From Trichosphaerium sp. ATCC 40318 (lineage: Eukaryota; Protista; Tubulinea), in NCBI GenBank assembly GCA_038496445.1, contig JALMLS010000550.1, forward strand, positions 1-64,000: a DNA stretch of 64,000 nt, given 5' to 3'. The notes beneath the pieces were generated by a model. The model made no database searches, was not told the DNA's origin, and was given only the letters and a program-made list of their open reading frames with translations. The position numbers were made by a program, and so were the translations under genes. Position 1 is the stretch's first letter. The number at the start of each line of letters is the position of its first letter. Shown one piece after another: positions 1 through 12,343 of this stretch.

Positions 1-242
1 ATTACCACAAAAGTCATGGATCAACAAACCAGATGTATCTTTCATTGACAACAAAGTACTACTGATGGTGAGACCTTCAGTATTAGTTTTTTATTTACAA
101 TTGTACTTTTAAGGATGCACCAATTGAATATGATTTATCAAGTACTGAATCATCTCTACAACAACATTTACCTAATGTGGATGTACTAAAAACTGTATGA
201 ATTATGTATTGCATTTGTTTGGCTAACACTTCATTTATCTAG

Positions 243-473
243 AATCCGATGCCAAGAACACCCGAAAGAAAAGAAAAATCAAGTCCTCGAATTGAGTGGG
301 TGAGTGTTTTGATATCAGCGGGGTTTGACAAGTCAAGAGCACAACAGTTTGGATCAAAATTGAATCGTATGTGTGTTGAAGTGAATGATATCACGGGTGA
401 GGTTATGAAAAGACTTGGATTCACTGTACTTGAGCGTCTTGACTTTATTGAGTACCAAGACAAAGACCTGTAA
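243..473 (+). CDS. Last exon of a gene entering from the left edge; encodes a SAM-like helical C-terminal domain
   Basis: Acceptor ...tttatctag precedes EWVSVLISAGFDKSRAQQFGSKLNRMCVEVNDITGEVMKRLGFTVLERL*. This is homologous to the C-terminal exons at 6408, 49399 and 63792. Confidence 0.6.
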   Translation, partial: NPMPRTPERKEKSSPRIEWVSVLISAGFDKSRAQQFGSKLNRMCVEVNDITGEVMKRLGFTVLERLDFIEYQDKDL

Positions 474-774
474 TGGTGCACATGTTAGTATAATAAATAT
501 AGTCTTAGTTAGTATATGCCAGTCCTGTTAAAGCGAAAGCAGCAGTCTGATTGTCTTATCTTGTATCATATGGTATTATTTGATACATTGACACTACCTT
601 TATGGCGTAAACACGTGATCCATACAGGTAGGGTTTCAACTCACTGACAATAGTATCATGTGATTGGTATTCAATTGTTAGTGCAAAGAAAGTGTAAATT
701 AATAACATCAGATACAACGATGGAGGCAGAGAAACATTGAACCCGTTAACTGAAAAAACTGTCACTTTTATGAA

Positions 775-1330
775 TATTGTCTGTGTCATTCAAGCTTTGA
801 GACAGACTTTTAGCAAAAAAAAACAAGTTTCAGCTGATCAGCCAGATCTTACGGATTTGACACTTCTGATAGATCTTGCAAATGTCATTTTTTAAATACG
901 ATCTACACGCCTGTTGAATCCAACAGTTTCAAACCCACGTGATTTTCCAAACCACATCAATTTTTTTATTATTTACGTATTTGACAGCTGGCGGCGTTTA
1001 AAAAGCCTACAGCAAACGCTGGTGGTGTTTTTGGGACGTTTTAATGTTATTACACCTTCCTTGCTGTTTGGATGGTGCCACAGCACTTTCGTTAGCGTGG
1101 GGTAGGCGCTAACATAGCGCTAGTAAGTTATACACGTGCGTTGATTTTGAAGCAAAACATAAAGTAAACAGTGTTTGAGGCATTCATACCATGCTTGGCG
1201 GTAATGCGATAGCTTTGTAGGACATCATACTTGTTTAATTCGCTTTTAGTCATTGGCACTTCTGTGGTTTGATCGTACAGTGTACAGTTTGTGTAGGTAA
1301 AATACTGCGATCATCTTCCACAGGCTATGA
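775..1330. mobile_element. MITE family A, copy truncated on the right
   Basis: Starts TA-TTGTCTGTGTCATTCAAG and is colinear with 8288-8850 for about 550 bp. Confidence 0.7.
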
Positions 1331-1790
1331 AACTCACTTTCTACAAAATATTTAATTTGTTTTTTCCATATTTTTAACACGGAGTACCTGAATGTGCTTT
1401 CCACGTGCTTGGATAACGCAACCAAGCGTTAGCTGCTTACTTTAGATTTACAATTCCAATACCGCATATTTCAGAGCTATAAATGGTATAACCGTTTCTT
1501 TACACGTGATAAAGTATGACGAGAGTATTTTTGGCCGTTAGAAAAAATGCCTTACACATTTTCGAAATTTGTCCACAACATCTAATTTGGTAAAGTTAAG
1601 TCTAAATAAGTTTAGACATTCGGGACATTGAAATCCAAAGAGTATCCATTTATTAATACCTGCAATTGTTTCCTCATTGTACTTTGGTATGAACACGAAA
1701 ACCAACTTCACCTCAAATTTTGTATTTAACAGTTCTGTTCAGGTTCTAGACAAACGAAGCGCCTAAATCTACCAAAAACAGGTGTAAATT

Positions 1791-2790
1791 ATGTCCTTTC
1801 TATTGTGGTCTCTTGTTCTTCTCTTTATGTACACGGAGTGTGCTGTAGGTCAATCGTTCGAGATAGCGCAAAATCTAATTAACGCAAGTAATACATGCTC
1901 GCAGAGGCACGTGATTTTGATTTCTGACCCTTAATATATCCTTAAACAGTATCTTAGGGGCCAAATGCTTCCAGAAATACGTACCGAAAACGATTTCGCT
2001 AAGTTTCTGTCAATGACGAGTGCGAACGTTACCATATGGCTTAATGCGAGTCGTAACACTTCCACAAATTACCCAGTAAATACTTGCGATCCTTGTAGAC
2101 TTATGCGGATTGACTGTGAACGTTGTCGGGAGGCTCTATCTTCAATCAAGTGGCTCAGCGATCAAAAGTCTATTTTAGATACCGACTTGTTTCTTAAAGG
2201 TGCTGGTGGGGATGTACCTATGTTTCTTAACAAGTATTTTAAAAATGAACCCTCATTTGAGACATTAAACACCGCACAAGAGAGATGCCTACAGATTCGT
2301 TCTAGTGGTTTGTTTGTCGTTTTTTTAACCGTTGCTATGATGTTGATTTTATGCTTAGGTTTAAATGATGTAAGGTGTAAAGGCGGTGCGTTTATTGGGA
2401 TTGTTTGCACAAACTTTAGTACAGTGACAATTGATGGCGTTTTTTCAGTTTCAGGAGCAATTAATGTAACTTCTGGTACTTCAAACCGTTTCATTCACGT
2501 GACCCTCCTTATCAATTGTTTAGGTGATGTTGTGTTTACAGAAAACGCGGTGGTTGTAGTTGATTCAAATTCCATGTTGTCAATAGGAGGATGTCCTACG
2601 TTTGAGAACAATGTGATTATTGATACAACAGCTGTACAAGTATGAATATTCATTTTTGTGTTTCGACTGATTCTGACTGATATGCCAAGCAACGAGAATC
2701 ATTGACCTTGATTAATTTCAGTAACAATTGTGAGATTGATCTTAAGAATGTGTCACTCTCAGATCCAGCAAACACGTGCTTTCAAAGTAT
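1791..2790 (+). CDS. Divergent C-type-lectin-like secreted/membrane protein, multi-exon; 3' end not resolved
   Basis: Signal peptide MSFLLWSLVLLFMYTECAVG. Motifs IWLNA, CDPCRLMRIDCERCREALS, TDLF, ERCLQI and LNDVRC align with the paralogue array at 10.5-28 kb. Confidence 0.6.
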
Positions 2791-3298
2791 GAAATACAAC
2801 AATTTTTCATCTTTGTTGAAAACCCCATTTACATCTGTTTTCATGCTTAGTTTTCTTTAGATACACGTGGTAAGTTGCTCATTTTATTTTCTTTGTGTTC
2901 TTCGAGCCTGAGTCATTTTCCTACACTACCTGTATACATTGTAATTGCATTGTTGTTTTTCTTGTACAACTGATTGCTTCTGGTTAATAGCTCCCTGAAA
3001 ACAATAAACAAAAAGATGTACAACTCTAAAAAATACCTAGTATGTTGAAAAACCTGAGCAATACACCTTAAACTCATCTGCTAAACCACCAGTTATTGTA
3101 TGTTTCCATTCTCGCACAGCTATTTAAGATGCAATCACTATTGCGTACTAGTTTAGCAAAAGGTAATTGACCTAAATACCACTACCTCTCATGGCTTTAA
3201 ACGGCCACTCCTGATTAGTATGCATGTGACTTTATTGTCTTAATATCATGTAAAGTAATCCTTTTGTACAAATTGATAGCTTACAGTTGTGACGTGTA

Positions 3299-5343
3299 CT
3301 AACAAAAACTACTAAACTGCTTGACATCCATCTTTGCAACAATGATTTCTTTGTGTTTTGGAGAATACACACTCTTAAAATCGCCATAATGATACCTAAA
3401 TTAAAACAATATCAGCACAGTAACATACAGAATGTAAAACAAAAAAAAAAAGTGCTCGAAGGTACCAATAAAAGTTTGCGTTCATGAAAAACCCAGGTGC
3501 CCACATTTTAAAGTCAGTAACCCATGTCTTCTCTGTATTCTTGGTATCTAAAATCCATCTTGAAATGAAAGAATCAAGCCTTGAGAAGCTATTTAAACAA
3601 ATAAAAGTCAGAATACACAAATTTGTTTGGTTTCACTAATTCTTACTCTGGCACGTGATTTCCGTCATTCTTGTTATCGTTGCCCATATTTGTACCTAAT
3701 GCTTTACCACTGTACAAATGGATTTCATTGTAAAGTACAAAAGGTTTGAATTCGCCTTTGATATTCGGAGATATACCCATCAACTTGTCTCTATCATCCA
3801 GCTCCCCTACACAAAACATTATTATAAAGTCGTCATTATTATCCTCATACACGGTGCAGTTTCATCGGTTTTCATAGTTATCTCTCCTCTAGGAAATACA
3901 ACTTCTGGATAAAGTTTACTTGTTTCTCCTTGCAAGAAAGCATGACAGAATACTGATAGTTTAACAGGAATGGATCCTGATTTGAGAGAACATGAGAAAC
4001 AATAAAGTATATTGGAATGATTGTGTTAAGTATGTCGTACCTACAGATAGACTTCCTATTTGTACAATATCATCAAGTCCAATCAGGAGGTTTTTTTCGT
4101 TCAAAATAGATAAAACCAAAGCTATGCACATACAAAGTCAAAGAGTAAAGAGCTAAAAAAGGGAAAAAACTTGTTGATACCTACCCAAGTCGTGTACTTT
4201 GTCATTAACAACTCTTTTAGGAACCTTGCTCAAACATCAGTACGTTTTCAGTGGGCTTAATTGTAGATAATGATGATACTCACATCAATAAACATCTTGG
4301 ATACTGTTCCATGTCGGAAAAAAATATACTCGTCATCAAATATATCTTGATCATCGTCAATAGATTCATCAGTGCGGCTATCAGTGTGCCAATCTTTTCT
4401 TTCTTCTTTTGCTTTTGTGTATGATTTCCTCCTTGTTTCAGGTTTGAAATCAAAATGATCTTAAAAGAATACAAGTCAGTTTAGCACTAAAAACCCGCCA
4501 ACTCTTGGGATGAAAACAAAATGCGCAAAGGAAAAAAAAAGAATAGTACCAGCAATTTCTTTGTTTATTTGTGACGCATCCATCAACCTTAACAAATTCT
4601 CAATATAATCCTTACTTCAAATAAAATGATGATTTATAAATAGATAAACAGTTTTTAAACAAAATTGTAAACCTTTGTTCAAACGAAGGAGTGGGGAGGT
4701 AAAATACCGAAAAAAAGAAGAAAAAAAAGATGTACTTTGGAATCCGTCTGTAAGCCATCTTGTATTGCTCTACCCAAGCATCAGGATTCTTTTCAACACA
4801 TCTATCATTCTTATTCAACGGCACAAAAGGTAATTTGAAGTCTGTGGTATAAAGCGCCTTCCACACGTAGTCAGACTTGGCAACCATTGACCTTGTTAAT
4901 TTCAGTGAAAAGATGAACAAAAGTTTTTCAAGCGTACCAGGAGTTGCTCACAGATGAAACCGCAATAATCTCTGAGGAGTTCAAATGAGAGAATATACGC
5001 AACAGGACGTCAGGGTTGAGCGATGGAGCTAATTCAGACTGAGAGAATTCAGTTTTTTCCTTAAAACGCTAGTGAGACCTCATTAAACGAAACTGAAATG
5101 TACTGGAGGAGCGTACGTTGTCTTTTTTTGTTTTTTTCGATTTGGGAGCTCTAGTTTTGGTGTTAGACGCTTTACTATCAATAAACTTCTTCAATCGCGC
5201 CACCAGCACTGTTTTTCTGCCCTATTTTGCGTTAAGTTTATTAATCGCACCATTTATGCGATTTACTGACGTACTTTTGTGTCTAAGTGGCGTTTACGGA
5301 GTTCTTTGCGAAGTTGTACAACCTTTAAGCGTTCAATGTCCAT
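3299..5343 (-). CDS. SAP-domain + F-box protein, multi-exon (copy 1)
   Basis: Spliced N-terminus MDIERLKVVQLRKELRKRHLDTK|GRKTVLVARL is a SAP motif. It is followed by LNPDVLLRIFSHLNSSEIIAVSSVSNSW|RSMVAKSDYVWK (F-box). Inverted near-identical copy at 29454-31482. Confidence 0.75.
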
Positions 5344-6407
5344 TTTATTGGAAAACTTTTGTTAACATGAAACTTTTTGCAAATTGTCTTGAGTTGACCT
5401 ACACGTGACTATCACACGTGACTACAATAATTTGTTGACATGATACTAGGTAGATTGACAGCACATGTTACTTCATGAATTTATTACAGTTACAGTCATG
5501 TCCTAACTAGTGCCTTTCAAATGTTGTTTGCCGACTACCGAATATTGTGCGAGTTTCCTTGTCATTTAAAGTGCTTTTTTCAAGAAAACTCACAAAGTTC
5601 TCAGCTGTAGCGTTTGATGTCATTTGGTGTTTACAAAGAAAACACTGTGTATGTTGTAATTTAGTCGGGATGCTATCAAAGAATAAAAAGGGCTTAAAAC
5701 AGAAATAGCTCTCTACAATTTCGTATTTTAAGTCACTTGAAACAATAACTTCAAATACTGCTACGCAGGACAATGAAGTCGGGACGGGTTTATGAACATA
5801 TGTAGCACTTTGCAACTCTGCAAAATACCGTGAGTATATCCTCATGCAGTACTTAAATTACTAGGTAACAGATGGTAATTTTCTAAAACACGAGACTGTG
5901 AAAGTACATTACTGCAAATAAAATAAGAGATGTGCAAAGTCTAACTAGTAAAATTAGAGGACGTGTAAACTTAAGACACTTACATAATAGTTGCCTTTAA
6001 GTCAATGAGGTTAACGTATTCTAAGTATTTTAGTCAGTAACTAGGTAAGGACTTACCACCATGGACCATTGCAGCGAGTTTGTTTTACTTTTTTACTGAT
6101 TTATTCCTCCTTGCCTAGTAAACTGTGATCTGGTATCACAGTTTGCATCTATTGAAAGATAACTTGTACCCACTGTAGGCATGTCAAGGACATTGAAATC
6201 ATCATGTACTCCTAAAAATTCGATGTCGAAAATAAGATCTACACCGTGTTTTTTTCTTAAAGCGTTTTATGGAGGTTTTGGATGTTGCTCACAAAATTCA
6301 CCCACTAGTGCCAACCAAGTAGCTATGTTTATTTGCTATCTATTGGACACTTTTAGAAGTACAAACGGTGTCAATATACTAACTAAGGTGACGCTATGTA
6401 ATGTATT

Positions 6408-8170
6408 TTAAAGAGCATTTTTACGTTTTGCTTTGATGACCTTGATACGTTCGAGTGGACTGAATTCAAGCTCTTTCAGCACTTCTGAGGTGACGTCATC
6501 GGGTTCAATACCTGCTTCATCCATCAATGATCCAAGTTCCTGTGCTCTTGCACTTGAAATACCCAACCTCATCAATGCCGACTTCCAATCAAATTTCGCT
6601 GTAGCAATTGATTGATTCTCTTGAGGTGGAAAGAAATTCGACTAGATGAACAAAATTAACTTCAATCTTAAAATCAAAATAACAATGAGAAACCTTTGTG
6701 TAAGCAACTGAGACTTGGGGCTTGTCATTCCATGATTCTCGAGATAAGAATACACTTTCATAGCTTGGTGAAGCAGGCTCAGGTTGTAATGCATCTGAAT
6801 CCAGAGATACATTTTGTTCACCCTATAATCCTGTGAGCATAATTTGTTGGTTAAGTGTAGTACTTACATGAATGTATTCTTCTTGATTTTGATGTATTTT
6901 TAAGGCTTCAAAGGCATCTTGAATCATATCAAGATGTTCAGGAGCATCTCCAAACTTGGTGTAATCACGATCGGTATCAATCACAGCTTTTGATAAGTAC
7001 TTGTCTTTGTCTTCTTTTATATCGTCTTTATCTATGGCTGTTTTATTGGCCTTGGTATTTCGTTGTTTAAGGTGAGCTTGCTTAAATAATGTCAAATAAA
7101 TAGATAAGGATATGAATAAGATGACAAAGTACCTTTTTGTGATTGCTGAATGTCAATTTTTGTGGTGAAGATTCTCCGTTATCATTAAGACCTCCTGTAA
7201 CCAATCTGAAATCATGAGATATTGCCAAGTAATGATAACGTTTATTAGCAAACTCAAGATATTTTCCAGGTAATTTTAATGGTTTGTTTGATGAGAACCA
7301 ATCAATCCATTTCCCTTGACCCCAACCAAACAAACAACCTTCATCATCAATTGCAAATGATGACCAATTACCAGCATGGACAGACACGATGTTATTCAGT
7401 CCTTTGATGATACCTTGGCCATACTTTTCATAATTACCCAATCCAATACACCCACATCCAAAAGAAAATACTTGTCCTGACTTGAGGAGAACAAGTACAT
7501 GTTTATGACCAATGGCAATATCAGTGGCATCTTCAATGTTTGGAACACGTGAAATTGTCTTTGGATTCAAGAATAATGCTTTATCGTCTGCTTCATCTTT
7601 TGTTGTTCCCCAAAGAAAGACATGACCTGTTGATGTCATTGCTCCACTTACACACTGGTTTGTTTGAATTTTGTGAACATTTTGAAGATTTGGAATAACC
7701 ACTGGTGATGAAACTTTCTTCTTGTTGAAGGAATGACCCAATCCATGACGGTCATTGTCTCCCCAAGAGTAGACATGGCCCGAATGTGATAACGCCATAC
7801 TCACATCATAGGCAGAGACTTTCGTGATATTGTTGGGACTTGGAACACGTGTTGGTGACGAAACAGGTGACACAAAGTGACCCAGACCCAATGAACCGTA
7901 TTTATTAAAGCCCCATGCATACACAATACCGTTTGAATCAACTGCAAGGCTATGCCAGGCTCCAGCAGCAATACAGACGATATTTATGAGTGACTTTATT
8001 GGTCTTGCGATAGAACTCTTATTTTCGTCTGTATTACCCAATTGACGCTCATCGTTTAGTCCCCACGTGTAAACAAAGCCATCGTCTGCGATTACCATTG
8101 AATGTTCGTAACCAGTGGCCAAACGGTTAACATATTGTAAATTAACCGACGAAGTTTGTGGTTCTGCCAT
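6408..8170 (-). CDS. RCC1/BLIP-II repeat beta-propeller protein with C-terminal SAM-like domain (copy 1, 4 exons)
   Basis: Repeated G..HS..L...G.VY.WG.N..G.LG motifs in ORF 7082-8170. Spliced tail ends DWKSALMRLGISSARAQELGSLMDEAGIEPDDVTSEVLKELEFSPLERIKVIKAKRKNAL*. Confidence 0.85.
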
Positions 8171-8287
8171 AATTTACGTGTATTGGCTGTTGATCTTATA
8201 TTTGTTTTAACTACGACTTTGCTCCAGCTAGCCTAGTACCCAAGTTATCTCAAGTTTTCAATATTCAAAACACGCACATACCTCAAG

Positions 8288-8982
8288 TATTGTCTGTTTC
8301 ATATAAGTTTTGATACAGACTGACTTTTAGCAAAAAAAAAAAACTTAGTTTCTGCCCGATCTGTCTGTATCTGACGGGTTTGACACTTCTGACAGATCTT
8401 GCAAATTGTCTTTTTTTAAACGTGAGCTACCCTCACGCCTGTCCAGTGAATCCAACCTTTTCAAACCCACGTGATTTAACAAACCAATAGCAAAAAATTT
8501 TATTTACATATTTGACTCCTAGCTGGCGGCGTTTACAAAGCCTGCAGCAATGCTGGTGGTGTTTTGGGAAGTTTTAATTTTATTACAGTGCCTTTGCTAT
8601 TTGGATGCTACCATAGCGCTTTTGTTAGCGTAGGGTAGGCGCTAGCGTAGCGCTAGTAAGTTATACACGTGCGTTGATTTTTTCAAGCAAAACATAAAGC
8701 AAACAGTGTTTGAGGCATTCATACCGTGTTTGGCGGTAGTGCGATAGCTTTGTAGGACATCATACCTTTTTAATTCGCTTTTAGCGCATTGAGCACTTCT
8801 TTCGTTTGATCGTACCGTGTAGTTTGTGTAGGTAAAATGCTGCAATCATCTTGAATGGTCTGGTGAAACTTATATGGAAATTTTGCTATCACTTACTAAT
8901 CCGTCAGCTCTGACAGATCGGGCAGAAACTGGATTATTGCTAAAAGTCAGTCTGTCTCAAAACTTGAATGAAACAGACAATA
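8288..8982. mobile_element. MITE family A, full copy with roughly 90-bp imperfect terminal inverted repeats flanked by TA
   Basis: Left TA-TTGTCTGTTTCAT..AAGTTTTGA.ACAGACTGACTTTTAGCAA pairs with right TTGCTAAAAGTCAGTCTGTCTCAAAACTTGAATGAAACAGACAA-TA. Other copies at 775 and 51373. Confidence 0.75.
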
Positions 8983-9368
8983 AAACTATCACAGAATTTT
9001 TGGGCTGCCATGACACAGACCGTTTTGTTATTTAATACAAACTCAGAGAACAATGTAGTATTCGATAACATAAAAAATTGAGATGAAGGAAGATTAGTTA
9101 AAACAAAGACACCGTTTTCGTCTTTTTTGAATCTCGGTCACAACGCTCCTGAAGCACATACAAACAGTCGAACTTGGGTCTTCTACGCACTTAAAGCCCA
9201 TATACAGGTAGGAATGTTGAAGTGGAAGTCGACATGTTAAACACGTACTACATTCCTCAATTTAAGGGCACATCCATCGATAATAAGGGTAGTTCTTTAA
9301 CGAACACATTTTAAGGCAAATTCCCAAAAGGTAGTACCGTACACAAAGCAGTTTCATAACAATCCAAC

Positions 9369-10177
9369 ATGCAAGCATCTGCTCCCGTACTTTTATCTCT
9401 AGTCGTAGTATTAGCCGTATCTGCTTTCGCAGCACCGTTTCCGATCAAATCTGCTGCATTTGAATTTGTAGGTTCAGGAACTGGACCTGGTGGCGTTGCC
9501 TTGACTGTAGAAGGGATTACAAAGTTCTTATCAACTGGAGAAACCTCATGGGAAACGTACGGCAACGTTACTACTAAGGTTAGCGGTTTCACTGTACAAA
9601 CCGAAACATTCTCGATGGGAACAGAAACCTCAGTACGCTTTTGTTTTCCAAGTATTTCGACTTTTTTTTACATTGTTTTTTTTCCTATTCTTACGCCTCT
9701 TTCACGTGTAGATTACAACATACCAGATTGTAGATAATGTATGCAAAGAGAATGTTGATAGAACTGGGGGCGCACCATGCACCTGGACAACAACGTCAAA
9801 TGGTTTCCAAGGTCAATGCAAAAAGGGCCAAGTTAATGAGACGCTAGTTATTGTAATGAACTCAAACGGTACACTTTAGATTTCTCTGCTCTTGATCTTT
9901 TTTTTTAACCATTCGAAATAGGAGATGTTGCATCTGTTGAGACTACTTCACATACCCCTGCAGGAATTGTTACACTTAATGTTAAGGCTACAAAGACTCT
10001 ACCAACACCTGTAGACTCTGACTTTGCTGTACGTGGTTTTGGTTCTAACAACTGTTTCTTTAATTAACTTATGAAATGATTTAGGTCCCAAGCATATGCA
10101 TTAGAGCCGAAAGACAAATCTCACATACAAAGTGCCACCCAGCTCACATTCAACACTTTCTATCAAAAGTTCAATAA
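9369..10177 (+). CDS. Secreted beta-rich protein, possibly ependymin-related/LolA-like fold (4 exons)
   Basis: Signal peptide and three GT-AG introns give an open frame. The C-terminal PVDSDFA|VPSIC resembles the F.vP..C end of ependymin-related proteins. Confidence 0.55.
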
Positions 10178-10513
10178 ATAGAATTCCCAGTAGCTTCGCT
10201 GTAATATTGAAGTTGTTCAGCTAGCAACATGTGAAAAAGACGAAATCTGTGCAAGTTGATTGTAGTTTGAACGTTGTCTGATAGTAGATACGCTTTACAG
10301 AACAAAGCGAGTACTAGCAGATGCGTTTAATTTCAGATACAAGTAAATAAGTTGTGGATATACTTTCTCGTTTTGAGTTTACCTTGTGTTTGTTGTGTAT
10401 TCTGATAGGTTCGTTGACTAACTTGATTGATTATATGCTGTTTTTTGGTTCACTGTTTTGGTGTCTGGTAAAAGTTGCACAGTACCAATAAGTGTTGTAA
10501 AATACTCTTTTTA

Positions 10514-11837
10514 TTACGAAGACACAGTAGCATGTACAGTTGCTTTTGGGCGGCGCCTGTATGGAAAGACAAGATTACGTAAGCTAGGTACAAGCAAGAT
10601 GAGAGCAATCAAAACAACCACCATCAATACAACACAAACAACAACAACTACAACAATAACAAGAAATGATGATCCATCATCTGTGTTTGATTGAGTACAT
10701 GAAGCCCCAAAGAAAATACTGAGAGTGCCTTCATCTTCTGTGATTGTGATTGTTAAAACTAGAATTTTTAAGAAAGTTTGTCTGTATTACCTTGTATTAG
10801 ACATGCACCATTTGGAACGGTTACGTTTATAGTTGATATATCACAATCTTTATCGTGTTCAAACAGAGGAATTGATGTATTATCCTGCTACCTTGATGAG
10901 CACTCATAAAGTGCAAAAGTTTAGAAAAAAATTAATATTGGCGTACAGTAGCCTCTACATCTATTGTAACGTTCCCAATAAAATGCAAGCATCCATACGT
11001 AATAATCTTTGATTTATAATTGACGGTAATGATACTATTAACGAAGGTGACATTTCCTGAAACAAAAGAATGTCACAAAAAAAACAGTGGCTTGTGTCGA
11101 ATATAATAAAATACCTGGAAAACTAAGAGTTTGATCGATAACGATTATATGTTCTGTTATCAATCTAGGTTCCAGTATATCAGATTCACATCGATAAGAA
11201 TTAATAGATACACTGCATGATACATCATTAAGTCCTGGGTGCAAAAATTAGATTGATTGCTTCTATTTCGAAAACTGTACCGTTCATTGCCATCACTAAA
11301 CACCCTTCAGCTTGATTGCCTCCAGTTCTGAATGTTGGTTGTGTATTAGAAAACAGCATCTTCAAATACGTCTTTGTATCATTGTTGGCAGTAGTAATAA
11401 AGAGATCTGTCTGAGTCATTGAAACATTACTTGAAACCCAATAGTATAAAGACAACGCCTTGTAGCAGCTTTCACAACATGGCGGGCAATTTCTATGGCA
11501 CCCTGAACATGTGCCAACATAGTCAAGAGGGTTAGCTTCTAGTCTTGCGCCAATCCAATATCTATCAGCTGAAGCGTTTATTCTGGGTAAAAAACTGAGA
11601 GCAGTATTGTCCAATACTTCTATTAGTTGAGAGTTCCTAAAAACGAGATATTTAGAGCAAAGCAAAATATAGGCCAAATATTTAATCCGAACTTTCTAAA
11701 ACCCAGTCACGTGACACTAATGCGACTTACTTGGGTGCTTCAGCGCAAACAGACGCAGTTTCTGACCAATTCAAGCACCGAATACCAACAATGAAGCCCA
11801 ATAAAACAACCAAGTGAACCCACACTGTTAAAGCCAT
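10514..11837 (-). CDS. Type I membrane C-type-lectin-like protein (array copy 1)
   Basis: Signal peptide MALTVWVHLVVLLGFIVGIRC. CTLD hallmarks YWIGA, YYW, GCLVM and G|LNDVSC...YRCE, then a beta domain and a poly-Val TM helix ending LVPSLRNLVFP. Confidence 0.75.
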
Positions 11838-12343
11838 AGGTGTAAAATTACGTAATTAATACGCACAATAAATTTACAAAAACTACCGTTGACTCGAGTT
11901 AACCATTTACGGAAGGTTTGTGATACGAATCCAAACTTGCACGTGGCCTCTAAAAATAAGTCCAAACCCTCCATGTTTCTGTATGTAAATTAAGGGTAAA
12001 GTGGGATAGAGTCTATTAAAAACAATACAAAGCCAGTTGTAGCTGTAGACCAGTACGGATTCTGCAAGGAAAGAAACAATGACATCAATAAATAAAAAAA
12101 ACGACAACAGTGTTCGGCTAAGTACCAAACTCAAAGACAATTAAAAGCGCCCCTACAAAAGTCGTGCTGCTTATGCAAGTGTTCATTTATTGTAACAGTC
12201 CTACTGCATTGGTCACATATTGTTGATGTATTCAATACAGCTTTTGAATGTGATATTATCCCACACTCTAACTCTTTGTTATCTCGGACTAATGGTAATG
12301 TGCACTTTTGTTCAAGGTAACAATTTTGTGCCAATGTCTTCTC

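Noticed and set aside
11465-11515. CxxCH as a heme-c attachment site in the lectin family
   Set aside because: It lies in a secreted ectodomain within a 6-Cys cluster, and the divergent paralogue at 1791 has CDPCR. Disulfides or metal binding are more plausible.
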